20,000 nucleotides of DNA, taken from assembly GCA_021432655.1 (NCBI GenBank), contig MU271388.1, forward strand, positions 55,938-75,937, in the 5' to 3' direction. Within the stretch, counting starts at the first letter, position 1, and the number at the start of each line of letters is the position of its first letter. The notes beneath the pieces were generated by a model. It saw only the letters and a program-made list of their open reading frames with translations. It had not been told where the DNA came from and searched no databases. This stretch comes from Atractiella rhizophila (lineage: Eukaryota). Below, one piece after another: positions 1 to 12,332 of this stretch. The translations under genes were made by a program, and so were the position numbers.

Positions 1-2282
1 ATCCAAATTCTTCAATGCAAAGGTCCGCTCTGCGGCTGAACTATCGTAGGAGAAAGAGGCACGGTGAAGCCTCATCGTCTCGCCGTCTGTGGTGACAATA
101 TCTGTCTCGATCTCATCTTCGTTAAGGAACTCTTCGACCCTTGTGACAGAGGCCCAAGCTGCGCATCCATTTTTCCTCAACAAGAATTGAGACGAACACG
201 AAAAAGGGCTCACTACCGATCATGTCCATGACCCCTTGCGCGATATTAAAGAGCGGTCCATTGAGTGTTTGAAAGATCGAGAGTGCAGTAAACGCAATAG
301 GGATTCTGGGATATTTCTCCTCAGATAACTGCTTTCATGAGATGGGAGAGAAGATGTCACGTCAAGTCTCTTTTTGCAAGCATCGTGAAAACCCAGAATC
401 CGGTGACCGTCATGCCAGGAACTGTGAGATTCCTATTTGTCCGTCAGCAACGTCAAAAAGCCACGACGTTAAGGTGTTCTAACGCACGAAGCAAACTCAA
501 GCCCGACGTCCACTAGGGCTTTGAGAATCAAGACGTGCATCTCCTCGTTTCTTGCCTGCTCGGGCTAAGGGATAAGTTTCCGCTTTAGATAGACAGTTGA
601 GGGAAGGGGCTGACAAACCGCTACCACTTTGCTCATAAATTCCGCTTCCCAAGAGAACCACTTCAAAGCCCTCACATTGCTGATCATCTCTTCAGTTCTC
701 GACATCCTCAGATCCTTAATTTCATTCCCTTGTTTGACCAACTGTTCCATCCCATGCCTTCAGTATCAACAAGTAGCAAATCGAAGCAAAGCCACACCGA
801 TAGGTTAGGGAAAGTTACATACTTTGGAATAAAAGTGTGCAAGGACGCGGGTGAGGAGGAAGGAGATGGGGAGGAAGATCACCCCAACGAAACCGGACCA
901 TCCCATAAGTCTGCCCACCAGCTTCATATGAGCAAGTATCCTTCGACATCATCGCTTTGACTTACTGATACAAAAAGACCACTCCTATACCAAGCTCTAC
1001 CGGCGTCCCAGCCATCGCAACTAGGACATTGATCATTCCCACCACAGTCTATCCACGTCCAGCACGGAACCACACGGCACATACTCAGCCTTATCCTTGT
1101 GAGTTCCACTAAGGAGCAAGGCGTACCTCTGTGTCTGATGACAAAATATTGATCGTCTTTCCCGCGTCCGCCCACTTCTTCTCCTTCACTTCCTCCTCTC
1201 CTCCTCGAACCGCGGGTCTTCTCAACGATTTTTCGAACACGTCTTTTGAGAGTGTTCTCTTAATCCTTATGATGGTTGTCCTGGTCGAGAGAAGGCTATG
1301 GAAGTATGTCTGAGCTTTTAACAGGTTCAGGACGAGCATCCAGATCGCGTCCTGGAGGGCAACGGAACGGGAACCGGTGGGAGATGTTAGTTGAAGGAGG
1401 ATACGATTGAGGAAGAACGGTTGTGCATATCCTGTGCGTCCCAACACCCAACCATGAAGTTGCATAACGTTCGTCAGTACCAAAAGAGGTAAGCGTTACA
1501 TAAAGTTGGAACTGCAGAGAAGAGACTGGCGCACCAAGAACAGCGTGCGCGATCGCGACGAGCAGACAGATGACGAAGTCCTTCGTATTCGCCTCTGCAA
1601 GAATCTTCCACAACCTCAACCGTCCTCCCTTCCGTTCCTCCAACTTCCTTCGTTCCGCCAAATCCTCCGTCGCATCCATCCGCCTCAGAGTTGCGGAAAG
1701 AGGATAGATATCCTCAACATCCAAACGTCCCTTTTTCTTTGCGAGAGTGAACAGAGGTGTCATCCATCCCGATGTGCAGTATTCCCACACCGACGCGCCA
1801 TCCTCCGGAGAGGAAGGCTCTGGGGAGATTGGACGAAGAGATGAAAGACAACCGAGTGAGAGAAGAGAGAATAGGATGGAGAGTCTGCTGACGGCAGGTG
1901 GGTAGAAATCGGTGAGGGCGAAGAAGGAAAGGGCGTTGACGAGGAGGGAAAAGATGATAGGGAAGGGAAGAGTCTGTGTTGAATGTTGAATAGTTAGGCA
2001 GACGAAAGTGAACAAGTAAAAGAGAGCATGAAGTAGCTCATCCAATGGGAAGTTGCTGAGTTCAACACCGTTTTGGCCAAAGGCATAGCACCAGTAGAAA
2101 GCAGGAAGGAGTAGCGAAAGATGCAGCAGGATCCTCGTCCATCGTGCGAGGACATAATGCGGGGAACTGGCTTTGTTGTAACGCAGGTCAAACGTCGTCG
2201 CGCGTAAGAAGAGATGGGATGCGAGTTGGATGAGGCTGAAAAGTAAGAAAACAAAGAGTGGAAGGCCAGCGATTGCGACCAA
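1..2282 (-). CDS. ABCC/MRP-family ABC transporter, 5' part (N-terminal TM region, linker, TMD1, start of NBD1); multi-exon, continues beyond the left edge
   Basis: Hydrophobic N-terminal helices are followed by the ABCC linker motif 'SPEDGASVWEYCTSGWMTPL..AKKKGRLDVEDIYPL'. Later exons give 'RMSRTEEMISNVRALKWFSWE', 'IAFTALSIFQTLNGPLF' and 'SVTRVEEFLNEDE...ASFSYD...FALKNLD', which leads into NBD1. GT-AG introns are present (e.g. 1534-1432). There is no in-frame ATG before the stop at 2369-2367, so the start probably lies in a small upstream exon (about 2370-2421) that I could not resolve. Confidence 0.9.
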
Positions 2283-4508
2283 GAAATAAACGCCATCTTT
2301 ACTTTGCTGGATCCGCGCCGCTGTCTTTTTGCAACAGCGGTTTGGTATGCATCCACTTCTTATGTCTCAGTACTTCCGAGTTTAAACTCGAGTCAGCGCT
2401 CGCGTTCAGTAAAACGAACATGGAAAGGTAAACGATAAAATCTCCTTTCAAATTATGGCACATTCAGGATATTACAATATCATGTGCGGATGCCTGAGTA
2501 TGCGTCCATAGTACTGTAACTCTGTCAGTAGCTATTCGATCCAATATTTATTTTGCGGAGCCATTTGAAATACGGGTTGGCGATGCCACTGGCCACAATT
2601 CGACCACTTCAAATATTTCGCAAGATGAAGTGGGGCTGTCTACCCTCTCTGTCTCACTTTGCTCTGCACCCTTTCAGTAGCCTGCGACGACTTCAGTGCT
2701 TTATTATGTACAGGGGACTTTGAACAGTTATTAGGCGAGGAAAGTGTCGAGGAACACATCTTGAAACTGACTTCTTTACTATGATATGTACGTTTCACAT
2801 TATTTGATCATACCGGCTGGCCGTCAATTCAGGCTCCTGCTCCTCTCATGTGATCATCCCATTCCGTTCTGTCAAATACAATGATTGTGTGTCAGTGTGG
2901 ACCAAAGGAAGGGAAGGGGTTGGCCGCTTGGTTATACTATTCTCGCACACCCTGAAGCTCTATCCTTGATTGAAGACTGACCAAGGGCCGAGGGATTGAC
3001 TGTCTTTTGTCGTAAGAAGCACAGATTAGTCAACTGATGATACAATGTGACTATTTTCCCAAACTTCTGATATGCTGTTGGACCCTTTGCCTACTGCTCG
3101 AACTTATTCAAATCCGTCGCCATCAGCTCGCATAACGGCCTTTACAACAAGTTAAAGTGAGAAATCCGCCTCCCTGTGAACATGGATCGATCATGTGTTT
3201 GAACGCCATTCCGATGATTTTCTCCGTCCTACAACTATTTGTAAAAAGGCGATTTAAGACTTTTATTTCTCTGAGCAGTCCTCTCTCGCATTAAACTTCA
3301 ACTTCTCAATTAGCTGTTCTAATTCTCATCCTATATCGCTAACTTGCTCCTGATGATAACTCGACGGAGAATCCGGATCGTGAACCTATTTATTTGCTAC
3401 CAATTTCAAAAAGGTCTTGCTTGCTGCTGCAATCCAACCCAAGACGAGCTCGCACAGGATGACGGTATTCGCGACCGCTCCACTGTCTTCCCCGCAACGA
3501 TTAAGGGTGCTGGTAAAAAGCATGCCCAGATACCGTTGTCTGTGCGAATGAACGCACTGAAATAGAATCAAAACTATTCGTTGCCAACTTGGAGAGCTAC
3601 TAGACACAAGAAACCATGGAAATTGGATATATGTACCTCTTCACTTTACGTTCGAATCCCTTGTCCAGCTAGCACCTTTCGAGTATGTGATACCCGTGAG
3701 CTTCAGAGTATCTTGAAGAAACGCGAACACTGAGTCTTTTCGCTCGAAAGGACACCTAAACCAACTCTTGATAACCCGCTTGCTCAATACGCGGGCCAAA
3801 CCGTCCCTCACTTTTGCTGTCTGTCCGCAAATCAGAAGACACAGACACAAAGTGGGCAACATTTGGCAGCGTAAGTCGAACAAGAAAAGGAGGAAAGTAG
3901 ACCACATGTGCAGCAAAGAAAGCTCAAAAAAATAATGAAGACCACGCCTATATATAAGAACCAAGTACTGCTTTGTGCTCGTAGATTGGGAACTATTGGA
4001 CTGTGCGAGCCTTAAAAACATTGCATTGAAGAACCCTTTCAGGTAAGACTCCTGGTTCGATCCCAAATGGTGTAGAGTTACGCAATGATGTTTCGGTGGC
4101 TGTGGCGGCGACATGGATACGGATAACTAAGTGGGAAGGCTGGCTGCATAGTCGTTTAAAAAGGCAGTATCTTCAGCGCCATCTAAAGTCGACGTGTCGA
4201 CCAGGTTTCCAGGACTGATGACCCAGCGGATCACGATGGTCACACAGGCAAACCGAAAACGTTGTGGAAGCTGGTGGAAGAGTTCCACAATATCTGGAAT
4301 ATCATGCCGCGTGCTTCTCCGGAGCTCTGGAAGGAGAAACAGATGCCCGACACCCATTTGGAGCTTGCTGTCACTCTTTGTGAAGGCGAAGAAGCTCGAG
4401 AGAAAGGGAAAGAACACTTCGTACCTCCGGACGACTCCTCCCTCGTTCCGAATCGTTTGTGGAACACTATGGCGTGGCCGCTCCTTCCCAGTATAGCTGC
4501 CTTACGGC

Positions 4509-4515
4509 TATAAAA
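4509..4515 (+). promoter_or_regulatory. Candidate TATA box
   Basis: TATAAAA about 100 nt upstream of the ATG at 4612. Confidence 0.35.
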
Positions 4516-4611
4516 GGGGAGGGTAAAAGCTTTCAAGTGCCACTTTTGTATTCATTGGCTCATCGATTCTCAAGCTGACAGATACTACTTCTGCTCGCGT
4601 TGCTAGGCAGA

Positions 4612-7284
4612 ATGGGAAATTTCGATGGATCTCACAATGACACTCCCGAACCAATCAGCTGCGAAATCGTTCTCCACAACAAGACGCCTTTCGTGCTTAA
4701 ATGGGTTAGTGCTGGTGAAGAGGGACCGCAAGGGTCTCAACAGATGGTCCGGGAACGATCAACATCCCGTTTCGAAGGGAGAGATGAGAGCTGGCGGCAA
4801 CGAGTCGCGGATTCGTACATTGACTCGTGAGTCTGACCTCCTCTTTCATTCTCACCATCAGCGCAGACATTTATTCTGCTTTCTCAGATAATCGCCTCGG
4901 GTTGCGAAACTGGATTTTCTACAAACTTGAAGGAGGTCCATCGGGTTCGGTCAAGTTTGAATTCAGGATCAATCTTTGGCGTAAGAATGGCGAACCGACT
5001 GCGAATGCAACAACAAGTATCGTTCCGAAGTTCAATGAGGACAACAGCAACTTCCGATTCAGGATTGACGACGAACAGTTGTCTGATGGAAATCGTCATG
5101 TATATCGTACGTTTGCACTCCTCTTACGGACGTATTCATCGCTGATTGGTTTGGACGGAATGCTTAGGCGATGTCCACCTCGAAGTTCAGAACCTCCCCC
5201 CTTCGCCTTCCTTGCGATCCATCTCAGTAGCCGCTTTCTGTCCCGTTTTTGTCACCGCGAACCGCTCTCGCTCCTGCTCTTTCGATCAAGAGCGACTTGT
5301 CCTCTGGTCCAAAGGGGCGAACCAAGATGTGGTCCCTGCGGCGGTGTCGCTCTCTCATGCCAATCTTCAACTTCAAATTGACGATGTGTGGTCCACTTCC
5401 TCTGTCACTTGGACAATCCTTGGCCAATTTCGACCAGCATCCGAGTCGAAGATGCAGTTTCCTAACTTTTCTGCAGGAGTTGGAGAGTCCATTCTCTCCT
5501 GCAGTATTCCAAAATTGTTAAACAATCTGCCGTTCGGATTCAAGGGTTTCATCGATTGGGAGATCAAGTCTTCGGGAGACCTGCCAATTACTCGAGCGAC
5601 CACAGCCATAGAAATCTACATTTTGTCTCCGCATCTTCCCAAGTTCATTCTTGATGGCGTGCCCGCTTTACTCCTCCAATTCCTTGTCCTTCCGATAGAC
5701 CGATCTTTCAAGGATGAATCTCAGACTTGGGTTGATCACGTCGTCAATTTCTTTCGCCCTCAGGATGGAAAGTCCACTCAAATCTTTCAGTACGAGTCGA
5801 ATGGCGGAATGAGCAACTATACGGGGTGGCCAGGTCCTTCAGGGAAGGCCGACATTGCTGATCAAGTGAGTGTTTGCGTTTTTAGAATACTCTGGTTGAT
5901 CTGATAGCTGCAAAGGTATCTACTAGCTGTTACATCGAACACTTCCTCCAGCACATTAAAAATCAAAAAGCGAATAGGTCACGATGGGTCAATTGCTACG
6001 ACCTCGCCGGACTTGGCCAAACCATGCTCTCTCTCGGTATGGACGAAAGTGTAGCAAAACTCCGAATGATGTACCTCTATCCCTTCGGATATATCAACAA
6101 GACGTCCCTCATAGGTGTGGACGGATGATGCAACAGTCCTTTCCCCCCAGACGGCAAGTCATTCGAGGTAGACCAGCTTGACCCCAAAGCGCTCCTCCTT
6201 CGGCAACCACGCTTTCCTCACCCTCGACCGAAACGAGCGAAATGGACCTAAAGTCGTCGATATCACCTGTGGTCCTCAGAAAGCCCAGCTCACGCTCCGA
6301 GGGTACATTGATGCAGCGATAGATCATGATGCTACGGCTAAGTTTCAGAAAGCATACGAAGCTGCTGGCCGAAAAGGACGTGCGCCAGCGGAGGACGGTC
6401 ATTTTTGGAATCTACGAGATGGACCTGGAGTAACGCGATTGGTCTCGCCTGTCGATTTCCGCTTAGATGCAAAGGGAGGGGTTGGAGTTTTGGCCGCGAT
6501 TGAGGAGGCATTGCCTGATGGAGATTTGGACGAGCTCGACATTCACTTTGATGGGGTAACCATGAACGCGAACTGGCATTTCTATCCTGCTGGTGTGAAG
6601 GACGAAGATGCTGTCCGAATCGACCTCTTTGCCATTAATGACTCTGATAAAATCTATCTCGAGTATGTCAACCGATCGAAATCTCTAGATTTGGATGGAA
6701 CGTCAGAAGAAATAGAAGCTACCTCTATCAATACTTTCGTGCGAGGAACGAAAGGGACGACTAGTGATGGACAACCATTTGCTGTTTGGTCGCATAAGAA
6801 GAGTGGCCGCCGCCTCGCCTTCCTCTTCGTACTCAAAGGGATGCCTTTGCTCGAAGAGCTGAATAAACTCATCAACCCTATCCAACAAGCAGTTGACGAT
6901 TACTATAAAGAGTCGCCGCCAGACCCCGATCTCTCCCTCAGAAATGCATCCGCTAAATCTCTCCAAATGGGCACTACTTTCTCAGTCGAGGTCATATGCC
7001 GTGTGCGTCCATTTCTCACCTAGTACATCATCGCGAGTGCTGATTCTCTTTCCTCGCACTTATAGACGGATACAGTCGTCGGCAGCAATGTTGATACGAT
7101 GCAGGGAAACGTGGTCTTCTTACATGCAGAACAAATCCATCTTCAACAAGGAACTGGCAGCAAGATGAGATATACTTTCTATGCCAGGCGAACCGGTCTC
7201 GAAAACATCATTCTCTCCTTTTACGACGCTCATCTCCAATTTCAGTCCATATCTTACTTTGTCGAAATCGTTCAACGCAAGTAA
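4612..7284 (+). pseudogene. Disrupted multidomain gene: beta-rich N-terminal domain + papain/transglutaminase-like Cys-His-Asp domain + C-terminal Ig-like beta-sandwich
   Basis: ATG at 4612. Phase-compatible introns: 4827-4887, 5107-5167, 5866-5915 and 7003-7065; stop TAA at 7282-7284. Motifs: VNCYDLAG (Cys 5994-5996), PFGYINKTSLIG, CNSPF, RSSFGNHAF (His 6208-6210), VVDITCGP (Asp 6259-6261). Lesions: in-frame TGA at 6126-6128, a +1 frameshift at about 6181-6188 (gaccccaaagcgc), and an unresolved frame change at about 4705-4777. Confidence 0.65.
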
Positions 7285-8180
7285 TTGCGCTGTTTACGAA
7301 ATATGGACATTCATCTTTCCTTGCTCTTTCTGTATGTTCTCGACCATTTAACCGATCTGTAGCGTATCACGGGTGTAAAATAAATCCTTTTCTCTCAATC
7401 TGCCAGTAGGGCGGAGGCAATTTCTGCTCTGACCGCAAATTAGTCTCAAACCGAGGAGCAGGGACAGTAATACGTTCAGCCTAGGTGGAAAAAAAGCAGG
7501 CAGAACCTTCAAATTTGGGATGGCTTGGGATGGCAGTAAATTTGACGCCTACTATATTTTGATTGAATCAAATGTAGGTTATCGTCTTTGAGCAGATTGA
7601 AGGCAGATTCGTTCTGATCTCATTCGTGCTTTGATGGATGCGCTGTTGAGAATAAGGAGGCGTCAGAGGAGGCGTGTCACCCGCTGTGTATCTACGGCAC
7701 AATGCAACTCGAGCGGCCGACTACGTAGGTAAAGTTCCAGTCCGTCAACTTGGTCGTATAAATTTCCCGAATTGCAACACACTTCTTGTTTCGGCATATC
7801 GCGGGCATATGAATATCGTATGCCTACCACGACATACCAGCTTTCATTACAATTCGAAGTGAATATTGTGTACGGTGTAGTGTTTGAGCAGAGCGCGAAA
7901 CTTCATACTACAGCGCTCGACTGACGGAAATCTCTCAAAAGCCGAAAATCACTAAAGTATGCACTGAGGCCGACGCCATTTATGGCGTGTTTGGTGGCAA
8001 GATCTTCTCTGGTGAACTGTGGACAACAACACGAGATCATTTGAATCTGACGAGTCGATCGTTGATCGTCAGTCTCGAAGGAGAAGTCAAATGCCATATC
8101 TGCGTAAAACAGTGGAGGTACAAAGTGAGGAAGTGCTTAGTTCAGTTCTTTGACCTTCAGTATCGAATTGTCTACATACA

Positions 8181-8187
8181 TATAAAA
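8181..8187 (+). promoter_or_regulatory. Candidate TATA box of the iminopeptidase gene
   Basis: TATAAAA about 55 nt upstream of the ATG at 8237, which sits in a good context (acaacaATGG). Confidence 0.55.
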
Positions 8188-8236
8188 AGGCTGGAGAGTT
8201 CATTGTCATGCTCTCGGATAACGATCCCCAACAACA

Positions 8237-9403
8237 ATGGCAGAGGAAATCAAACCCACCACTGTTGCCAAGGCGCCTTTCAAGGAATACGAGACTGCCT
8301 ATTATATTTATGGAGATCTGACCCAGACGAAGTCACCTCCTCTGATTGGTATGTCATGTTCTGTCCTCTTTTCTAACGCAACTACCGCAATTGAGCTATT
8401 TTCAGGTCTACACGGTGGCCCTGGACTTGTTCACGTACGTTGGTTCCAGCGAGGAGATGCCACTGTTTCTGACGTTTCTTAGGGCTACCTCGCAAACTTT
8501 GGAGCTCTCTTTCCGAACCGCGTCATTATCTTGTATGACCAGTTAGGGAACGGGAATTCCACTCTACTTCCGAAAGCTCCTTCCACATTCTGGACCGTGG
8601 AACTCTTTGTCGAAGAGTTGGCGAATCTGATTTCCCATCTCGGGCTCAATTCGTTCGACCTCATCGGGCATTCTTGGGGTGGCATGCTCGCAGCCGAAGC
8701 CACGATTCGTGGCGCGCTCCCCGGATTGAGAAAGCTTGTTATCTACAGCAGTTTGGCGAGAATGAGGAATTGGGATGAATCCGTCCTCAATCTGCTGGGC
8801 ACGATGGACCCTGAACTGCAAAACATATTTTACGAACACGAGAAAGCGGGAACTACAGATTCACCTGAATATCAGGTTTGTTCTATGATTACTGACAGAA
8901 GAGGCGGCGCTGCTAACATGGCTTCAGGAGGCAGTGAATACGTGGAGAGAAAAGGTTGTGGTTGGTTTCACACCGGTTCCCGGATGTATCCTCGATGTTT
9001 TTGCCCATGCGGAGAAGAATCCGCAGGTATTAGGGACAATGGTGCGTCCAATCTGCGATGTGTACAACATTAACACAACTAGTCTGACAAAATGCAAACT
9101 CAGTATGGACTTTCCGAGTTCGAGTGTAAAGGCACTTTGAAGAATTGGGACATATCTGACCAATTGCACAAGATCAATGTGCCCACTCTCAGTCTGAGAG
9201 GTCAATTTGATGAAGCTTCAGCCGAATGTCATCGACCTTTCATTGAGAACATAAAGAATGTGAAGCACGCCATCATAAAGGACGCTCAGTATGTGCTGTC
9301 TCTCATTGATCCTTCGCGAAACTGAGTGAGTGACCATAGTCATGTCGCACACCTCCAGTTTCCGGAAACGTTTGCTCAAGTTGTGCTGGAGTTCCTGTTG
9401 TAA
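8237..9403 (+). CDS. Proline iminopeptidase / L-amino-acid amidase family alpha/beta hydrolase (peptidase S33), 6 exons
   Basis: Exons 8237-8348, 8406-8434, 8483-8875, 8928-9041, 9104-9288 and 9340-9403, all with GT-AG introns in compatible phase. Motifs: LHGGPG, YDQLGNGNS, nucleophile GHSWGG, acid in 'GQFDEA', His in 'DAHHVAHL'. Confidence 0.93.
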
Positions 9404-9730
9404 TTTTTGCACAGATTGCAATGTAGTGTGATTTAATAGAGAGAGTTCAGTCGATTCATTCGCGTTCTGCGCTGCGTCGACATGAGCCACACGCCACAGT
9501 CTCAGTAAAGGCATCTCTTCGCTTGCATTCATTATTCATTCATGCAGCGCCACCGAACATATTCAGAGCAAGTCCCGCAAAGACTTAAGTCAAACCAGTC
9601 ATAGGCTGATGAACCTCAAGAGTCCGCCACAGTTCTCATTGTCCCCTTACCATCATCACTGTCAACTCGCTCAAGTAAGGTGCAGTATTACTTCCGATCT
9701 TAGGACATCTGATTTAAATTTGTCAAGCAG

Positions 9731-10237
9731 ATGTTCTACTCTGGCACATACGAAACGATACCACCCACTGCCAGTGCGGGGCTGATACTCTTGAAAGAGC
9801 TTCTCTACACGCTCGATACACTGTCTTCCAGCGTTCCCGCTTCCCTTTCAGACCTGATGCACCCAACTGCCATCTTCACCCTCAACGGCAAGGCGCAAAC
9901 AATGCCATTCCTCGAAAGTGCCAAGTCATTCTACCCCGATGGCTACAACCTTTGGTCTTTCCTTCATCACGATCTGAAGAAGGCTTGGGAGATGCAGGTG
10001 GGGGACAAGAGAATAGTGTTCTGGGAGAGTGACTGTGTCAGGATTGTGAAGAAGGACCAAGAACAGGAGAAAGTTCCCATCTCTGAATTCTCTTATATCG
10101 AACTTGAAGAGCAGAAAGACAGCAAACTTGGATGGAAAGTATCAGCGATGGCTACTTGGATGGACGCTTATCCTATGTCGGAAAAGATGAAGAAAATCAA
10201 CAAATGCAAAAGCGAAACAAGCGAGGTTCATGCCTAA
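9731..10237 (+). CDS. Hypothetical 168-aa protein, possibly SnoaL/NTF2-like fold
   Basis: Clean single-exon ORF directly preceded by a likely 5'-UTR intron (GTAAGG 9675 to CAG 9730). The pattern of helices, 'HPTAIFTLNG', beta strands 'VFWES', 'EFSYIELE' and 'WKVSAMATWMD' resembles NTF2-like proteins. The fold call is an inference. Confidence 0.65.
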   Translation: MFYSGTYETIPPTASAGLILLKELLYTLDTLSSSVPASLSDLMHPTAIFTLNGKAQTMPFLESAKSFYPDGYNLWSFLHHDLKKAWEMQVGDKRIVFWESDCVRIVKKDQEQEKVPISEFSYIELEEQKDSKLGWKVSAMATWMDAYPMSEKMKKINKCKSETSEVHA

Positions 10238-10659
10238 CGAAGTGGTCTTTTCGTGATTTAGCCAAAAATTATTAGTAACGCTCAAAAGAAGTCTCCAAAA
10301 ATTCAAGCAGTGGAGGGGATGTGAAATGGAACATGAATGTACTAGAACTCACACCATACTGTCCTTTGATATGCACCTGCCTTAGAGCTTAAGTTTTCCT
10401 CCTGTGTTCCCGTGAGTTTGGAGCTTAGGGACACTAAGGGAGACGTACAGTAGTCGAGGCTGTCACCGTGCCGCCTTCACTCGCCTGCTCGTCTCAAGGC
10501 CATGTAAGTTCCGACTTCTTCTGTAAGCCTTGTTTTTGCTACCAACTAAAAGTAACGCCCCGACGTACCACCAGTCGCTCCAGCTTTCACAGTCAGGCTT
10601 CACAGAGTGACGGGGCGGATGAAGTCGAAACTTTCTGCCATGGGGACGCTTTGTCTACA

Positions 10660-12332
10660 TGGATGTCGAGGCGGAGGCGTTCTTGGACTTGGCCTGGTCC
10701 TGTCATGCCAGAACCGACAGTCCCTCCAACCCCCTCTGACCATGAGAAGTTCGAGCATTATAAACCTTTTGTGAGTGCTCTTCCGTTATCATGGCTCAGT
10801 ATTTATGTACATTCTTCTTAGATCGACTATACGTCTTCAATCGTGGGGATTGGAAACTAGCAAATACTAGCCAGTCCAACGATGTATGGTGCTTTGCGCC
10901 AGTGTTTGGATCTGATCGTGGTAAACCCCATGTCACTCTTTACGATTTGTCATCTGAAATCGAGCAGAGTGAGGGTACCAAGGGTTACAAGGCCGACATG
11001 ACACAGGCAGAATTGTTTGGGGAATTCAAAGTCAAAAAGGGAAGCGACCTGGGAACCAGCGCTAAAGGCATCGTAGAGACAGAAAGCTTGACAGGACAGA
11101 AGACACGAAGCCAGATCATTATCTACAGCACGATGGTTCTATCGACTCAGCAACCAACTCGTGTTTTCTCGTTTTACGTGCGAGGTCACAACGCGCGATT
11201 GATCTGCCACTCAAGGACCGAGTTTCAATTTACGCGGTAAATGGAGACACTGACGAAGAACAGCCAGTCTTATTGGAAGATACGTGGCGTAATTTGGGAT
11301 ATGCTAAGGCGGAAGGAGAAATTTTCGAGCTGTTGAAAGAGAAAGGAGTACCTCACGTTCTGAAACACATCGCTCATGGTGATGTCCCTGGACTGCTGCG
11401 ACTCGCATCTACAGGGGAGAAATCTCTCCGTCACTATCGATGGTGTTGGACAAGGTCGTCCGTCCGCTGTGGGAGTTCCCATCCACGAAATGCTTGGTTC
11501 AGATCCTTCTCCGCGCTCTGGAAGGTATGTCATTATCTTTAACGCCAAAATCCGATCAATGTGGATGTGTGGAGCTCACGAGAAAGCATTCGAATCTATC
11601 AATGGCGACATTTATCCTTCATCGAGACGTATTGGAGGGCAATATCCTGTTTGACGACAGGAGAAGGGTTCCTATGTGATTGTGAGCTGGCCAAGGTGGG
11701 AAGCGACACATCTGAGGTGAACGAGCGAACTGTAAGCCGCTGAATATGTTTAATGATTGGATAAGGAACCGATGACTTTATGTCGTTGCGCCGCCTCGAC
11801 AGCATGATGGTCTATGTCCTCTTCTGGATCTTTGCCTCGTATGCCCCTAGCAGCATGACCCCCGAAGGAACGGGGAAGATTCCTCTCTACCTTGATAGAT
11901 TGCCGCTCGACGAACTTGCCGCATCAGTCGAGGCAAGAAAGGTCACAGTCGGATCGCGGAAGACTGTTGATAGCCCCAAGCTCACCACTGTGCCAGCGTT
12001 CGTGGAGCTGGAGGAAGTGATGACGGCTTTAAGACAGTCCGTTCTTGGATTGAACAGAGCAGAGACTCGTTTGATCAGGAGCGACATAAAACTACAACAA
12101 GGAACGGAGCAACTCGCAGAGGAGGAATTGGAAGCTAAAAGGTCAAATGGTAACCTACGATGGCTTTGGGCGAGTTATTGAACAGCTTCTTTGGATTGGG
12201 GAGACCAGAAGGATAAGGCTCAGGAGAACGAGGTTAGGCATCCTGGCCAGAGAAAACGAAAGAGAAAGGGTAAGGAGTTGCCATCTTGTCAAGCTTTCAA
12301 AAAAGCCAAAGAGTGAAGGTGGGGCATTGTGA
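10660..12332 (+). pseudogene. Decayed fungal-type protein kinase (FunK1 / Pkinase_fungal)
   Basis: Recognisable family blocks in different frames: 'KPHVTLY', 'GEFK', 'SQIIIYST...VFSFYVRGHNARLI', 'LEDTWR...EGEIFELLKEKGVPHV...HGDV', 'RHYR/MVLDKVVRPLWEF', 'ILHRDVLEGNILF', 'GFLCDCELAK..ERT'. Frameshifts at about 11440 and 11660, a stop at 11238-11240, KDxW Lys changed to Glu, and no GTxxFM/DDLES segments found. Boundaries are approximate. Confidence 0.8.

Noticed and set aside
6126..6131. In-frame TGA next to Cys read as selenocysteine or an RNA-edited stop
   Set aside because: An independent frameshift lies about 55 nt downstream, the TGA is not at the predicted catalytic Cys, and selenocysteine use is not known in Dikarya. 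A nonsense mutation or sequencing error is simpler.
7514..7533. TTGGGATGGC tandem duplication
   Set aside because: Two copies of 10 bp in intergenic DNA; too short to interpret.
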